From Blastocladiella emersonii ATCC 22665 (taxonomy: Eukaryota; Fungi; Blastocladiomycota): a stretch of 64,000 bases of DNA. Both the position numbers and the translations under genes were made by a program. Shown one piece after another: positions 63,505 through 64,000 of the stretch. The stretch's first letter is position 1. Every line of letters starts with the position of its first letter. The DNA lies in the NCBI GenBank assembly GCA_025594325.1, contig JANHCV010000011.1:372001-436000 (forward strand), given 5' to 3'. The notes under the pieces were generated by a model, which had not been told where the DNA came from, ran no database searches, and worked only from the letters and a program-made list of their open reading frames with translations.

Positions 63505-64000
63505 GGCGTTAGCATCGTGTGAGCGTGGAATGCGGCAGGCGGCGCAGCAGGCGGCTGAAAGGCGACGCGACTGGGTCACGCGACCAGTCACGCGACCCGC
63601 ACTGCGCGCGTCGCGGCTCTTTGCTGCCAGCACCCCTGTTGCTGCGCCCGCTGTCCGCTTCCTCGGCACTCATACTTCGGCTCTCAGCTTTCATTTTACT
63701 TGAACCACCTAGACGCTTCGCGTCTGGTCTTTAATCGAGGGCTCGCGACGGGTCGCGTGGGAGACCTAGCCTGCTGAAAGTCGCGCGAAACGTTTGAAGT
63801 CGCGCCTCATCATCATCATCATGATCATCATGTTTCTTGCTCCTCTGATGCTCGAGCATCTCCGCGGCGCACATACACTCACGATACCGCTTGAACCGAT
63901 CTTTCCCTTGCGCCTCATCCTCGGCATCTCTTGTGCTCGCGACCTTCCCTTCGCTTGCACCGCTGGGCAAAACAGCCTCGAGACTCGCGGGTGGCTCTTC

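Noticed and set aside
63520-64000. Possible extra 5' exons of IQCH or a separate small gene
   Set aside because: Splice signals exist (GTGAGT..CAG), but I could not build a consistent reading frame joining them to IQCH within the window.

Overview
Gene-dense, GC-rich eukaryotic genomic DNA. Introns are mostly 55-90 nt with GTACGY/GTGCGY donors, CTGAC/CTAAC-type branch points and YAG acceptors. The six-frame ORF track is therefore fragmented, and most long antisense ORFs are GC-driven shadows. IFT80 and IQCH point to a flagellated organism. Together with the intron style and gene set this suggests a zoosporic fungus, probably Blastocladiomycota (Allomyces/Blastocladiella-like); the taxon is an inference. 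I reconstructed about 24 protein-coding genes by hand. Housekeeping genes: IFT80, MFS transporter, XPG/FEN1-family nuclease, NOG1, promethin/LDAF1-like, RPL32, PEX1, TRM6, DCP1, CMC2, ABCC transporter, SNF2 ATPase, RRP1, Ap4A phosphorylase and IQCH. The most interesting items are: (1) a DUF4140/DUF4139 - long-insert TRAFAC GTPase - DUF4140/DUF4139 cassette; (2) a membrane-anchored CBA1/BtuF-like substrate-binding protein; (3) a phenylalanine hydroxylase with an apparent mitochondrial presequence; (4) an N-terminally anchored SNAP-like protein head-to-head with PEX1; (5) a class C GPCR with a PH-like tail and an orphan 7TM protein; (6) a TATA-preceded hairpin and recurrent intergenic motifs. 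No rRNA, tRNA, CRISPR array or transposase was recognised. All family calls come from motif recognition by eye, not database searches.
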